NCBI GenBank assembly: GCA_018657765.1
Contig: JABHWM010000018.1
Coordinates: forward strand, 91,541-155,540
Direction: 5' to 3'
From: Minisyncoccota bacterium
GTDB lineage: Bacteria > Patescibacteriota > Microgenomatia > UBA1400 > PJMF01
Length of the DNA stretch: 64,000 bases
Below the pieces are notes generated by a model. It searched no databases. It had not been told where the DNA came from and saw only the letters and a list, made by a program, of their open reading frames with translations. A program made the position numbers and the translations under genes. Of the stretch, positions 39,307 through 48,150 are shown piece after piece (the stretch's first letter is position 1; the number at the start of each line of letters is the position of its first letter).

Positions 39307-39335
39307 TTGACATATTGGATAGTATTTGATATACT
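39307..39335 (+). promoter_or_regulatory. Near-consensus sigma70 promoter with extended -10
   Basis: TTGACA-17 bp-TATACT with TGn before the -10. Confidence 0.85.
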
Positions 39336-39342
39336 TGATCAC

Positions 39343-39480
39343 GTTGTTACACAATCTTTATGTCTATGCGATATAAATGATTGTCAAACAACAGCACTTT
39401 AAAAAATTCAAGAGTAAATTTCTGGTTTTGCAGATGAAGCCAATCACCTTTGGTTGGTTTCTCTGTCAAAATCAGAGATT
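39343..39480 (+). promoter_or_regulatory. Structured 5' UTR with two long hairpins
   Basis: About 20-bp stem at 39343-39392 and about 29-bp stem with 4 G-U pairs at 39417-39480, ending just before the AAGGAG SD. Confidence 0.75.
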
Positions 39481-39499
39481 CAAGGAGAAAAAAAAGATA

Positions 39500-40672
39500 A
39501 TGGAAACCCTACTACTAATACCTGTAGTACCAGTGGTGATTGGCATCGTTGTAGGTTTGTTTAATAAACGTTCTACAAGATATCAAAGATCACAAATGTT
39601 AAACATTATTGAATTTGGTGTTCTAATTTTTCTAGTGAGCATCGTTGGTATTTTTGGCTGGTTCATGTTCCGTGACAGCCAGATGAAATCAATGGAATTC
39701 CTTAATGGTGAAATTGCTGCTAAAGATTTTAGCGATATTTCTTGCCGTCACTGTCACACTGTTTGTGACTCACGCGACGATGATGGGAACTGTACAAGTT
39801 CTCATGAAGAATGTGATCATTCATACGACAGAATTTGGTGGGCTGAAACCAACTATAATTTTGACGGGTATGGTCATATTGAATTTCCAACAACTGATCG
39901 GCAAGGATTGAATCAACCAGAAAGATGGACTGCTGTTGTTATAGGTGAAAGTGCTACAAGCCTTCACCCATTTACCAGCTACCTAAAACCTTCTGGCGAA
40001 TCTGACTCATTCCCGATCCCGTTGGATATGAAAGAATTGTATGGGGACCTGGTCCCTGTGCATAGCACAGAACTTGCTTATGATTACTATCATGCGATTA
40101 AAGTTCAGGCGGTTGGTTTTGAAACACCACCTCCAGGATTTAGCATGGCAATAGTCAATAATCATGAGGTAATGACAAACCTGGTGCTGAATAGTCAGGT
40201 AGAAGATACCAATCAACCGATTGGTCCAGAAAAGCAAGGCAACTTGCAAATCTTCTATGTTAATGCTCAAACAATACCAGATAATCGTTTTGCAGACCTA
40301 AGTCTCGGCACTTGGCGAGGTGGTGGTAAAAATGATATTACTATCTGGATTGGCATAAACAACTGGCCTGAAATTTCATGGGCCAGGGTAACACTCGGTG
40401 CAACAGAGATCGGCAACGAGCTCTTCGTTATCCAACTGCGTGATGCAATTAGAAATATGGAGACTGTTGAAAACCTATCTGAAATCCTAAAAGTTGCAGA
40501 AGCACAAGTCTTCAAGAACTTCGATAGAAAACAGATGGCAGAATTTGCTGATCGAAAACCGGGTATTCACCCAACGTCGGGACAACTTACTGCACTTTAT
40601 ATAATCGTAGTTGTCATTTCAATCGGAGGATCATTGTACTTTTATTCTAATGATCCCTTCGAAGTAGAATAG
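39500..40672 (+). CDS. Membrane protein with Cys/His-rich extracytoplasmic region and TPM-like C-terminal domain (390 aa)
   Basis: Start re-assigned to ATG 39500 using the SD; two N-terminal TMs, SCRHCHTVC...CTSSHEECDHSYD, DRQG-x3-PERW, WRGGGKNDITIWIG, C-terminal TM. Confidence 0.8.
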   Translation: METLLLIPVVPVVIGIVVGLFNKRSTRYQRSQMLNIIEFGVLIFLVSIVGIFGWFMFRDSQMKSMEFLNGEIAAKDFSDISCRHCHTVCDSRDDDGNCTSSHEECDHSYDRIWWAETNYNFDGYGHIEFPTTDRQGLNQPERWTAVVIGESATSLHPFTSYLKPSGESDSFPIPLDMKELYGDLVPVHSTELAYDYYHAIKVQAVGFETPPPGFSMAIVNNHEVMTNLVLNSQVEDTNQPIGPEKQGNLQIFYVNAQTIPDNRFADLSLGTWRGGGKNDITIWIGINNWPEISWARVTLGATEIGNELFVIQLRDAIRNMETVENLSEILKVAEAQVFKNFDRKQMAEFADRKPGIHPTSGQLTALYIIVVVISIGGSLYFYSNDPFEVE

Positions 40673-40689
40673 AGCTATAGGAGCCTATT

Positions 40690-41316
40690 ATGAACAGTTC
40701 AACAAACAGCTCAACCCGTATTGCCATTGCTGGCATAATTATCTTGGGCGTAGTATTTGTACTTGGCGGAATATTTTGGGATACCAGTGTGGGACGTTCC
40801 CTTAATGCCATCGTTGCTCAAGTTGAAATCTGCGAAACAACTCTCACTCAAAGCTACAACACCATTTCTGAAACAGCACAAGTGACTGTCAGCTTCGAGG
40901 AATTTGGTAAAGATTTGTTCCGTGAAGCCTTAGGAGGCAATAAAGAAGCTACAAATAACATGATTGCCTTCATGACTGCCAATAGTGGTACAGACCTTGG
41001 TGCTACACATACACAGCTTCAGCAAGTAATAGAAGCTCAACGTGGAAAATACACTAATTGTGTGGCAGAAATGCAGCGTCTGCAACTTACTGCATCAAAT
41101 AAGTTAGAAGGTACCTTTGGTCGTAATTATGCAAAATTTTGGGAACAACCCAAGGTTTTGCCTCTAAATGCACCAGCAAGACCTCTCGTTGACTTAGATG
41201 GTGACGGCAAAATCACCGCTCTAGATTACCCCGCGGTAACTGCTGGATTCGCTGTTGATGCTCATCAAACTGGTGAAGACCCAGGAACCATTGACCTCTT
41301 TGGTGAAGATAACTAA
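40690..41316 (+). CDS. Membrane-anchored helical-bundle protein, LemA-like
   Basis: AGGAG SD; N-terminal TM, heptad helices, TQLQQVIEAQR, C-terminal IDLF motif. Confidence 0.7.
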   Translation: MNSSTNSSTRIAIAGIIILGVVFVLGGIFWDTSVGRSLNAIVAQVEICETTLTQSYNTISETAQVTVSFEEFGKDLFREALGGNKEATNNMIAFMTANSGTDLGATHTQLQQVIEAQRGKYTNCVAEMQRLQLTASNKLEGTFGRNYAKFWEQPKVLPLNAPARPLVDLDGDGKITALDYPAVTAGFAVDAHQTGEDPGTIDLFGEDN

Positions 41317-41476
41317 AAAGTTAACACTAACCATCTCCTAAACCACCCTAACTCTACGGGGAACCCATTCATAAAGTTTCAATGGAGTATCTTGCAACAA
41401 TATAGATACATACAGAAACAAAATAAAATCAATTTAGATTGGGAAAAATAGTAGCTTAATACTTTTGAATTTGATC

Positions 41477-41510
41477 AGCGCCCCTTAACTGGGGCGCTTT
41501 TCTCTTTTTC
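41477..41510 (+). terminator. Intrinsic terminator closing the island
   Basis: AGCGCCCC-TTAACT-GGGGCGCT-TTTCTCTTTTT. Confidence 0.85.
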
Positions 41511-41514
41511 ATAC

Positions 41515-41781
41515 CTACATCACCAAATCCGGAAACTCCACAACATCATGCTCCTCTGAAAAACTACCATAATGTTCACTCTGTGTACTGTAGGCTACCC
41601 TTGCAGTAATTTGATCATTTTTTTCTGAAGCATATAAAATCAAGCCACACGTCCAGCAATAAGCCACTATCTTAAACTCTTTCAAAGCTGCCTTTAATTC
41701 AGCTGGCCAGATATCTTCTTTACCTTCTTGTTCTAGATCCTGTTCTTTTTCTGAAATATCAAACTTTCTTTTTAGATTTTC
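41515..41781 (-). pseudogene. Start-less open frame with CxxC...H...H pattern, probably a 5'-truncated gene
   Basis: 88 sense codons (...FDISEKEQDLEQEGKEDIWPAELK...YCWTCG...EHYGSFSEEHDVVEFPDLVM*); no 5' ATG; overlaps the end of the upstream gene in the +1 frame. Confidence 0.45.
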
Positions 41782-44368
41782 TTACTTTCCACAACCATCC
41801 TCCAACACCTATAAAACTTACTCCACTCACAATCATCCCCACCACTAACCACTTTGGACAATAAACCATCGTGATTCTCTGCTCTGCAAAATCATCAAAA
41901 ATAATCTTCCTCATCCCACTAAAGTTCTCTATTGTCTGCTCTTCACCATTTATAAACACTCGCCAATCAGTATCATAACGATCCGCCACAATTAATGACT
42001 CATGCTGTTGGTCATTTTGAATAACTACATCTATCCTTCTAGGATTTTCTCTTTCCACAAATATTCCATCTGTAGTTCCATCCTCAAAACGAAAACGATC
42101 CAAAGCATTCTCTCTTTCCAAAATCTGCCACCGGCTATTTTGTTTTTCTATTTCACCCATTCCACTCATACCTACTTGTTCATTTTGTTCATCCCACTCA
42201 CCTTCAACAACATTTCCACCAGCTCCACCTACTTTTTCTACCACCCCCACTTCACCCATCTTTGTAAAATCACTTAGATCTTCTTCCACCTCAAACCACG
42301 TATCAACGAGATAATATTTCACTGCCCACTCATCCAAAAGCTTGCTACTAGGATCTACATAATCTATAAGATTAATCCTTGGGTTTTCTGAAACCTGCCA
42401 CAACTTTGCATAGTCATTTGGTAAAAGAGTCGCATAGCCATTTACTACTGGGACACCAAAAACCATGTTCCAGTTAGGCGTCATTCCATCTCTTAAGTTC
42501 TGTGCATGCCTAAATTCTTGTAGCTCTTTGTCATCCACAAATGAATCAGAAAATGGTTCACGCACTAACATCGCTTCCCAGTAGGTCGTGTAATCTGTAT
42601 AAGGTTTGTTAGAATTTCTAGTCAAAATTCTACCGTTAATAAATCTATCATTACTATTATTTTCCAAACCTTCACCGACATCTTCAGAGCCTTTTGTTAG
42701 CTCGATTTTCTGCATGATTTTTTGTGAATTTTCTGTCACTGTCTCATAGATTTTACTAGGTGCAAAATATAACATTCCTTGGGTGTTCACCAACATCTCC
42801 AAAGCTAAGATAAAAACTACTATTCGTGTTTTCTTTGCCCTGAAAAAATATAAAGATGCAATAAAGAATACACTGTTAAATACAATATTTCTTAATATTT
42901 CGAATAAAATTACTTTATCCCTCTCTAAGGTATGGAAAGCACCATTGGAAAGCGAAGAAGAAACGAAAGAATCTATCATCTTCCAAACCGTCTCAAACCC
43001 GTAACTCCACACTCCAAGACCCACTAGTCCCATCACCAAAGCGCTCATTCCCAACCACATTAACCAACGATAGTTCTTATGAAAAATCCTGTCAAAAACA
43101 TCATCTATTTGCAGATTTTTTAGCACCCTAATCAGCCACAAAATCAATATTATATTCGTAGCAATCATCACCATACTAGGATAACGAGCAATCCGGAAAA
43201 GAGGAAATATTTTTTGGATGAAAGAAAATCCTGGCAAATATTGACCCAATGAAAAAATCAAAGTACTAATAGTAACTACACTAAAAAATATTTTTTCTTT
43301 ACTCCATCTTCCCAAAACTTTTTTATTACTTTTCCTAACAAATAGACTTAGCCCTATCACTACCCAACCCAACCACGTCACATAAATTCCCACATTGGAT
43401 TCACCAGTCCATGCTGGACCCCATTTCATTCCCGCACTGGGATTATCAAAGAAATATGGCAACACAAACTTAATCAACATTGCAGGATTCAAAGAACCTA
43501 CCAAAGCTTGCTGGGCTGTTTGTTCCATCCTGGTTGATTCCAATAACATATCCACAAATGGCATCCAAGCCACCGCAGATAGGCCAAAAACCAAGATTGC
43601 AGTCACAGTCCAAGACTTTAGCCATTCTATAAAGATAGAAGTGTTCTTAGAGTTGTTTTTTCTCGAGAAAATCTTAAAAAGACTACTCAAAGTAAATTGT
43701 GATTTTTGCTTGTTTTTTATAGAAGAATTCAGACAACTATCAAACCCAGACAACACCACCGCTAGTCCAATCCCATAAATTACATGCTGTGGATACCCAC
43801 CCAAGACCTGCAACATCACCACTACAGCAAACCAAACTCTAGCCTTACTTTCTTTGACCAATCTCAAACCAAAGTAAGATAATAAAGGTAACCATACTAA
43901 CGACTGCAAAATAGAAAAGTTATTCAAACTCTCAGTGACCTTTGCAGAAAACATCCACAACCCACCAGCCAACAAAGCTAGCCAATGATCTTTTACCCAT
44001 CTCTTTGCCAAAAGATACATCCCAGTAAAAGCTATAAAAGAGTGACTCACTAATAATAAATTGAAAGCCACAACTGGTGAAAAAATAATAAACAACAAAG
44101 TACTAGGATAAAAAACAGATTGATTAATATCAGCAATCCAAGGCATTCCAGAAAATATATATGGATTCCACAATGGTAAAACACCTTGTCTCAGCCACTC
44201 TGCTGTAAAAATCTTGCCAGGAATCATTAACGAATAATTATCTCCAAAAATAAGGGTTTTGCCGTATAAAAAGGGTAAAAATCTAACGGTAATAAAAACT
44301 AAGAAAATAAGAAAAAACTGAAACCACTCTGTTTTCAGCCATTTTTTTAAAGTCTTTAGTAAGCTCAT
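41759..44368 (-). CDS. YfhO-like GT-C membrane protein
   Basis: GD-x5-P, LPLWNPYIFSGMP, FYP, GYPQ, RYPS, C-terminal DRYDTDWRVFING. Confidence 0.85.
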   Translation of the reverse strand: MSLLKTLKKWLKTEWFQFFLIFLVFITVRFLPFLYGKTLIFGDNYSLMIPGKIFTAEWLRQGVLPLWNPYIFSGMPWIADINQSVFYPSTLLFIIFSPVVAFNLLLVSHSFIAFTGMYLLAKRWVKDHWLALLAGGLWMFSAKVTESLNNFSILQSLVWLPLLSYFGLRLVKESKARVWFAVVVMLQVLGGYPQHVIYGIGLAVVLSGFDSCLNSSIKNKQKSQFTLSSLFKIFSRKNNSKNTSIFIEWLKSWTVTAILVFGLSAVAWMPFVDMLLESTRMEQTAQQALVGSLNPAMLIKFVLPYFFDNPSAGMKWGPAWTGESNVGIYVTWLGWVVIGLSLFVRKSNKKVLGRWSKEKIFFSVVTISTLIFSLGQYLPGFSFIQKIFPLFRIARYPSMVMIATNIILILWLIRVLKNLQIDDVFDRIFHKNYRWLMWLGMSALVMGLVGLGVWSYGFETVWKMIDSFVSSSLSNGAFHTLERDKVILFEILRNIVFNSVFFIASLYFFRAKKTRIVVFILALEMLVNTQGMLYFAPSKIYETVTENSQKIMQKIELTKGSEDVGEGLENNSNDRFINGRILTRNSNKPYTDYTTYWEAMLVREPFSDSFVDDKELQEFRHAQNLRDGMTPNWNMVFGVPVVNGYATLLPNDYAKLWQVSENPRINLIDYVDPSSKLLDEWAVKYYLVDTWFEVEEDLSDFTKMGEVGVVEKVGGAGGNVVEGEWDEQNEQVGMSGMGEIEKQNSRWQILERENALDRFRFEDGTTDGIFVERENPRRIDVVIQNDQQHESLIVADRYDTDWRVFINGEEQTIENFSGMRKIIFDDFAEQRITMVYCPKWLVVGMIVSGVSFIGVGGWLWKVRKSKKKV

Positions 44369-44479
44369 AAAATCATTCTATCTGTCTTACAATTTTTTCT
44401 TGTAACTAAAAAAAATTATCTTTAATAAGTACGTGTATCTTATCACGCTACTATCTATCTCTAATATTTTTTTACATTG

Positions 44480-45184
44480 TTACGGTAAAATTCGTAAACC
44501 AAAAATCACCCTCAAAGCATCCAAGCCATCACGCCACGAAATCTTTTTACCTTCAGAAAAATCACGCCCCACATAAGTAATTGGCACTTCAAAAATATTT
44601 ATCCCACGCTTCAACAACTTACAAGTAATCTCCGGCTCCATATCGAATTTGTTTGACCTAATATCCAGCTCACGAAATAATTTCGTAGGAAGAACTTTGT
44701 AACAAGTCTCCATATCTGTCAGAGTCGTATCATACAAAATATTAACCAGAAAATTAAGAAAACTATTTCCCAAACGATGCCAAAACAAAAGATTAGAATG
44801 TGGACCAATAAACCTAGAACCATAGACAACTTCTACTCTGCCTTTTTTAATATGTTCTACAAGTGCTGGAATATCATCTGGGTCATACTCAAGATCTGCA
44901 TCTTGAATCATCGTATATTCCTGAGAAACCTTCTCCAAACCAAGTCTAACAGCACTACCCTTACCTCCATTTTGTTTTTTGAAGTAAGAAATCTTCTTTA
45001 TTCCTTTTTTCTTTGACTTGAGAAGTTTCTGGATTTTTTTATCAGTGCCATCAGTACTACCATCATTTACAACAATTACTTCCTTTACCATAGGAACAGT
45101 AGCAACTTTACTAAGTATCTCTACTACAGTTGCCTCTTCATTATAAACCGGCATGATTACAGAAAGTTTCATCTCTCTGATCAT
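44480..45184 (-). CDS. GT2 glycosyltransferase (DPM1/polyprenol-phosphate sugar synthase-like)
   Basis: SVIMPVYNE, VNDGSTDGT, QDADLEYDP, GSRF, TDMETCYK, EGKKISWRDG. Confidence 0.93.
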   Translation of the reverse strand: MIREMKLSVIMPVYNEEATVVEILSKVATVPMVKEVIVVNDGSTDGTDKKIQKLLKSKKKGIKKISYFKKQNGGKGSAVRLGLEKVSQEYTMIQDADLEYDPDDIPALVEHIKKGRVEVVYGSRFIGPHSNLLFWHRLGNSFLNFLVNILYDTTLTDMETCYKVLPTKLFRELDIRSNKFDMEPEITCKLLKRGINIFEVPITYVGRDFSEGKKISWRDGLDALRVIFGLRILP

Positions 45185-45237
45185 ACCTATTTTTTATGGT
45201 TTGTGGACTAGGAAAAATTATAGGAAATACTATATCT

Positions 45238-45324
45238 CTAAGATTTCTTCTTCGCGCTCTTAGAATTTTTTCTCTTTGTGAGCATCTTTACTATCTTCTT
45301 AACGCTTTTCTTCTTTTTTATCAT
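45238..45324 (-). CDS. Putative 28-aa Lys-rich micro-protein
   Basis: AAGGAG SD, ATG, MIKKKKSVKKIVKMLTKRKNSKSAKKKS, TAG; TATAAT about 45 nt upstream. Confidence 0.55.
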   Translation of the reverse strand: MIKKKKSVKKIVKMLTKRKNSKSAKKKS

Positions 45325-45430
45325 CTCGATTCTCCTTTTATTATTTCTTAATTTCCCTGTTTACTAATTATAAAGTAAATATAACGTATAAAAGAGGTAA
45401 TAAATCAGTAAAACTTTAATAAAAACAAAC

Positions 45431-45460
45431 AAAAAGCCCCACTTTTCAGCGGGGCTTTTT
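45431..45460 (-). terminator. dnaK terminator (GAAA-loop family)
   Basis: AAAAAGCCCCGCT-GAAA-AGTGGGGCTTTTT on the minus strand. Confidence 0.9.
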
Positions 45461-45495
45461 CCATGTTCTGAGAACTAGTTAATAATTAAAAATCT

Positions 45496-47433
45496 TTATT
45501 CTTTAACTACTTCACCTTCTTCTGCATCCTTTTTATCATCAGCTTTATCATCCTTCTTATCTTCTTTTTTATTACCCTTACTGTCTTTACCAGCAGCAGC
45601 ATTAGCTTCGGCAGCTTGTGCTTTCTGCATAGCTTCACCTAGTTTCTGAGCAGAGTTCAAGGTTTCTTCTGTGGCTTTATCAAGATCTTCTTTGGAAACA
45701 TCTTCTTTGGCAGCCATTTCTTTGAGTTTTTTAATATTCTCTTCAATAGCTTCCTTGTCTTTTGGATCAACTTTGTCACCATAATCTTTGACTTGTTTCT
45801 CCATCTCGAAAGCAATGCTGTTAGCCTTGTTTTTGGCTTCAATAAGCTCTTTTTTGGCTTTATCTTCATCAGCATGTTTCTCGGCATCATCCTTCATCTT
45901 TTTGACTTCATCGTCAGAAAGATTAGTGCTGTTTTGAATAGTAATCTTTTGTTCTTTACCAGAAGTTTTATCTTTGGCAGAGACATTCAATATTCCATTG
46001 GAATCAATATCAAAGGTAACTTCTACCTGAGGCATACCACGACGTGCTGGTGGAATACCATCCAAGACGAATCTTCCTAGAGTTTTGTTATCAACAGCCA
46101 TTTCACGCTCACCTTGCAAGACATTAATCTCGACTTGAGTTTGATTATCTGCAGCAGTAGAAAAGATCTGTGACTTACTGGTAGGAACTGTTGTATTTCT
46201 CTCGATCAAAGCAGTTCTGATTCCACCAAGAGTTTCTAAACCCAAAGTCAAAGGAGTTACATCTAGCAAGACCACATCTGTGACATCTCCACCGATTACT
46301 CCAGCTTGAATAGCAGCACCAATAGCCACTACTTCATCAGGATTTACACCTTTATGAGGTTCTTTACCGAAGAATTTCTTGACTTCTTCTTGAATCTTAG
46401 GCATACGAGTTTGACCACCTACAAGAATGACATCACTAATATCTTTAGGTTCTAACTTAGCATCTTTAAGAGCTTTACTAACTGGACCAAAAGCTTTTTT
46501 GACCAAATCATCGACTAACTCTTCTAGTTTTGCACGAGTTAAACTCATGGTCAGATGTAAAGGACCGTTCTCACCTTGAGTAATGAAAGGTTGATTAATT
46601 TCTGTCTGTTGAGCAGAAGATAACTCTATCTTTGCTTTTTCAGCGCTATCCTTCACACGTTGCATTGCTTGAGGATCATTAGCCAGATCTTGACCGCTTT
46701 CTTTTTTGAACTCAGCAAGAATATGCTCAATGATTACATTATCAAAATCATCTCCACCAAGGAAAGTATCTCCATTGGTTGATTTTACTTCAAACACACC
46801 ATCACCAATTTCTAAAATAGAGATATCAAATGTACCTCCACCAAGATCAAAAACAGCAATAGTTTCAGTACCTTTTTTATCAAGACCATAAGCCAATGCT
46901 GCGGCAGTTGGTTCATTTACGATACGCTCCACAGTAAGACCAGCGATCTCACCAGCTTGCTTGGTAGCCTGACGTTGAGAGTCATCAAAATATGCAGGAA
47001 CAGTCACAACAGCTCTAGTGATTGTTTCACCAAAATAGCTTTCTGCATCAGCTTTTGCTTTTGCAAGAATCTTGGCAGATATTTCTTGAGGTGTGTAGGT
47101 TTTATTATCTACCTTCACCACTGCCATACCATCTTTACCATCTGTAATTTCATAAGCAACGTGCTTTAGAGCATTTTTTACAGCTTTATCATTAAGCTTC
47201 TTACCCATAAAACGTTTTACAGAATGAACTGTAGATTTTGGATTCATCACCATTTGACGCTTAGCAGAATCACCAACAATCACATCAGAACCCTTAAAGT
47301 TCACGATAGAAGGAAAAGTATTTCTTCCTTCAGTTGTAGCGATTATTTTTGGAGATCCACTTTCCATCACTGCAACAGCAGAGTTGGTGGTTCCAAGATC
47401 TATACCGATTATTTTTCCAGATTTATCTGACAT
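45496..47433 (-). CDS. dnaK: Chaperone DnaK
   Basis: [34 protein letters not shown]. Confidence 0.99.
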   Translation of the reverse strand: MSDKSGKIIGIDLGTTNSAVAVMESGSPKIIATTEGRNTFPSIVNFKGSDVIVGDSAKRQMVMNPKSTVHSVKRFMGKKLNDKAVKNALKHVAYEITDGKDGMAVVKVDNKTYTPQEISAKILAKAKADAESYFGETITRAVVTVPAYFDDSQRQATKQAGEIAGLTVERIVNEPTAAALAYGLDKKGTETIAVFDLGGGTFDISILEIGDGVFEVKSTNGDTFLGGDDFDNVIIEHILAEFKKESGQDLANDPQAMQRVKDSAEKAKIELSSAQQTEINQPFITQGENGPLHLTMSLTRAKLEELVDDLVKKAFGPVSKALKDAKLEPKDISDVILVGGQTRMPKIQEEVKKFFGKEPHKGVNPDEVVAIGAAIQAGVIGGDVTDVVLLDVTPLTLGLETLGGIRTALIERNTTVPTSKSQIFSTAADNQTQVEINVLQGEREMAVDNKTLGRFVLDGIPPARRGMPQVEVTFDIDSNGILNVSAKDKTSGKEQKITIQNSTNLSDDEVKKMKDDAEKHADEDKAKKELIEAKNKANSIAFEMEKQVKDYGDKVDPKDKEAIEENIKKLKEMAAKEDVSKEDLDKATEETLNSAQKLGEAMQKAQAAEANAAAGKDSKGNKKEDKKDDKADDKKDAEEGEVVKE

Positions 47434-47531
47434 ACATTATCCTTTTTACTTTTTTGTTTCTTTTTAACTTCTACTTATATATTGATTATTACTCAATATT
47501 TTTAATATTTAATAACTGTAATATACACCTT

Positions 47532-47558
47532 TTGGCAAACATGTCAAGTGACTGCTAG
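47532..47558. promoter_or_regulatory. CIRCE-like operator overlapping the dnaK -35 box
   Basis: Minus strand CTAGCAGTC-ACTTGACAT-GTTTGCCAA, with TTGACA inside the spacer. Confidence 0.7.
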
Positions 47559-47602
47559 CAATAGCCTATATTCTTCTGCCAACTTACCTTTTAGACAAAT
47601 TG

Positions 47603-48070
47603 TTAGTCTAAAACAACCTTGGCATGTTGGATTACCACCCCATTGAGACGATAACCTTTTTGAGCAACTCTAGTCACAGTCTCACCTTTTTCTGTTTTTT
47701 CTACAGCCTCCATTATTTCAACATCAAATTCTTTACCGATTACATCTATTTCTTCTAGACCAAAATCATTCAATACTTTTTTGAGTTGTTCTAGAACCAT
47801 GCTTAGACCAGTGTCTTCTATTTGGGTTGAAGCCATCTGGAGATGTTCAAAAGGTTGTACCAAAGACTCCATAAGATCTCTATTGGCCATCTGGATAGTC
47901 TTCATTCTTTCTTCTTGAGTACGGCGAACTAGATTATGGTAATCAGCTAGAGAACGTTTCTCTTTTTCTTGAGCCAGATGTAACTGTTCTTCTAACTCAA
48001 TAATTCTTTGTTGAGCTTTTTCTAGAACTTTGTCTGTAGCGGGTGTTGTTTTATCTTTTTTTATTTTCAT
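47603..48070 (-). CDS. grpE: Nucleotide exchange factor GrpE
   Basis: ADYHNLVRR, FD-x3-MEAV, QKGYRLNG-x-VI-x2-AKV; lies between hrcA and dnaK. Confidence 0.93.
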   Translation of the reverse strand: MKIKKDKTTPATDKVLEKAQQRIIELEEQLHLAQEKEKRSLADYHNLVRRTQEERMKTIQMANRDLMESLVQPFEHLQMASTQIEDTGLSMVLEQLKKVLNDFGLEEIDVIGKEFDVEIMEAVEKTEKGETVTRVAQKGYRLNGVVIQHAKVVLD

Positions 48071-48097
48071 ATATATTTTCTAGTTGGGAGGCGAACA

Positions 48098-48127
48098 TCC
48101 CAACCCCCTAACGGGGTTTATCTCATA
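48098..48127. repeat. Short intergenic palindromic repeat, copy 2
   Basis: TCCCAACCCCCTAACGGGGTTTATCTCATA; matches 17003-17030. Confidence 0.8.
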
Positions 48128-48150
48128 TTTTTATGACACTTTTGTAATAA

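Noticed and set aside
39377-39499. N-terminal 41 codons of the 431-aa ORF
   Set aside because: No SD at 39377, the region forms two long hairpins, and an AAGGAG SD precedes the ATG at 39500.
41755-41790. Programmed +1 frameshift extending the YfhO-like protein at GTT TGA T
   Set aside because: Re-pairing from GTT to TTT is poor, and the protein already ends in a normal TM plus basic tail.
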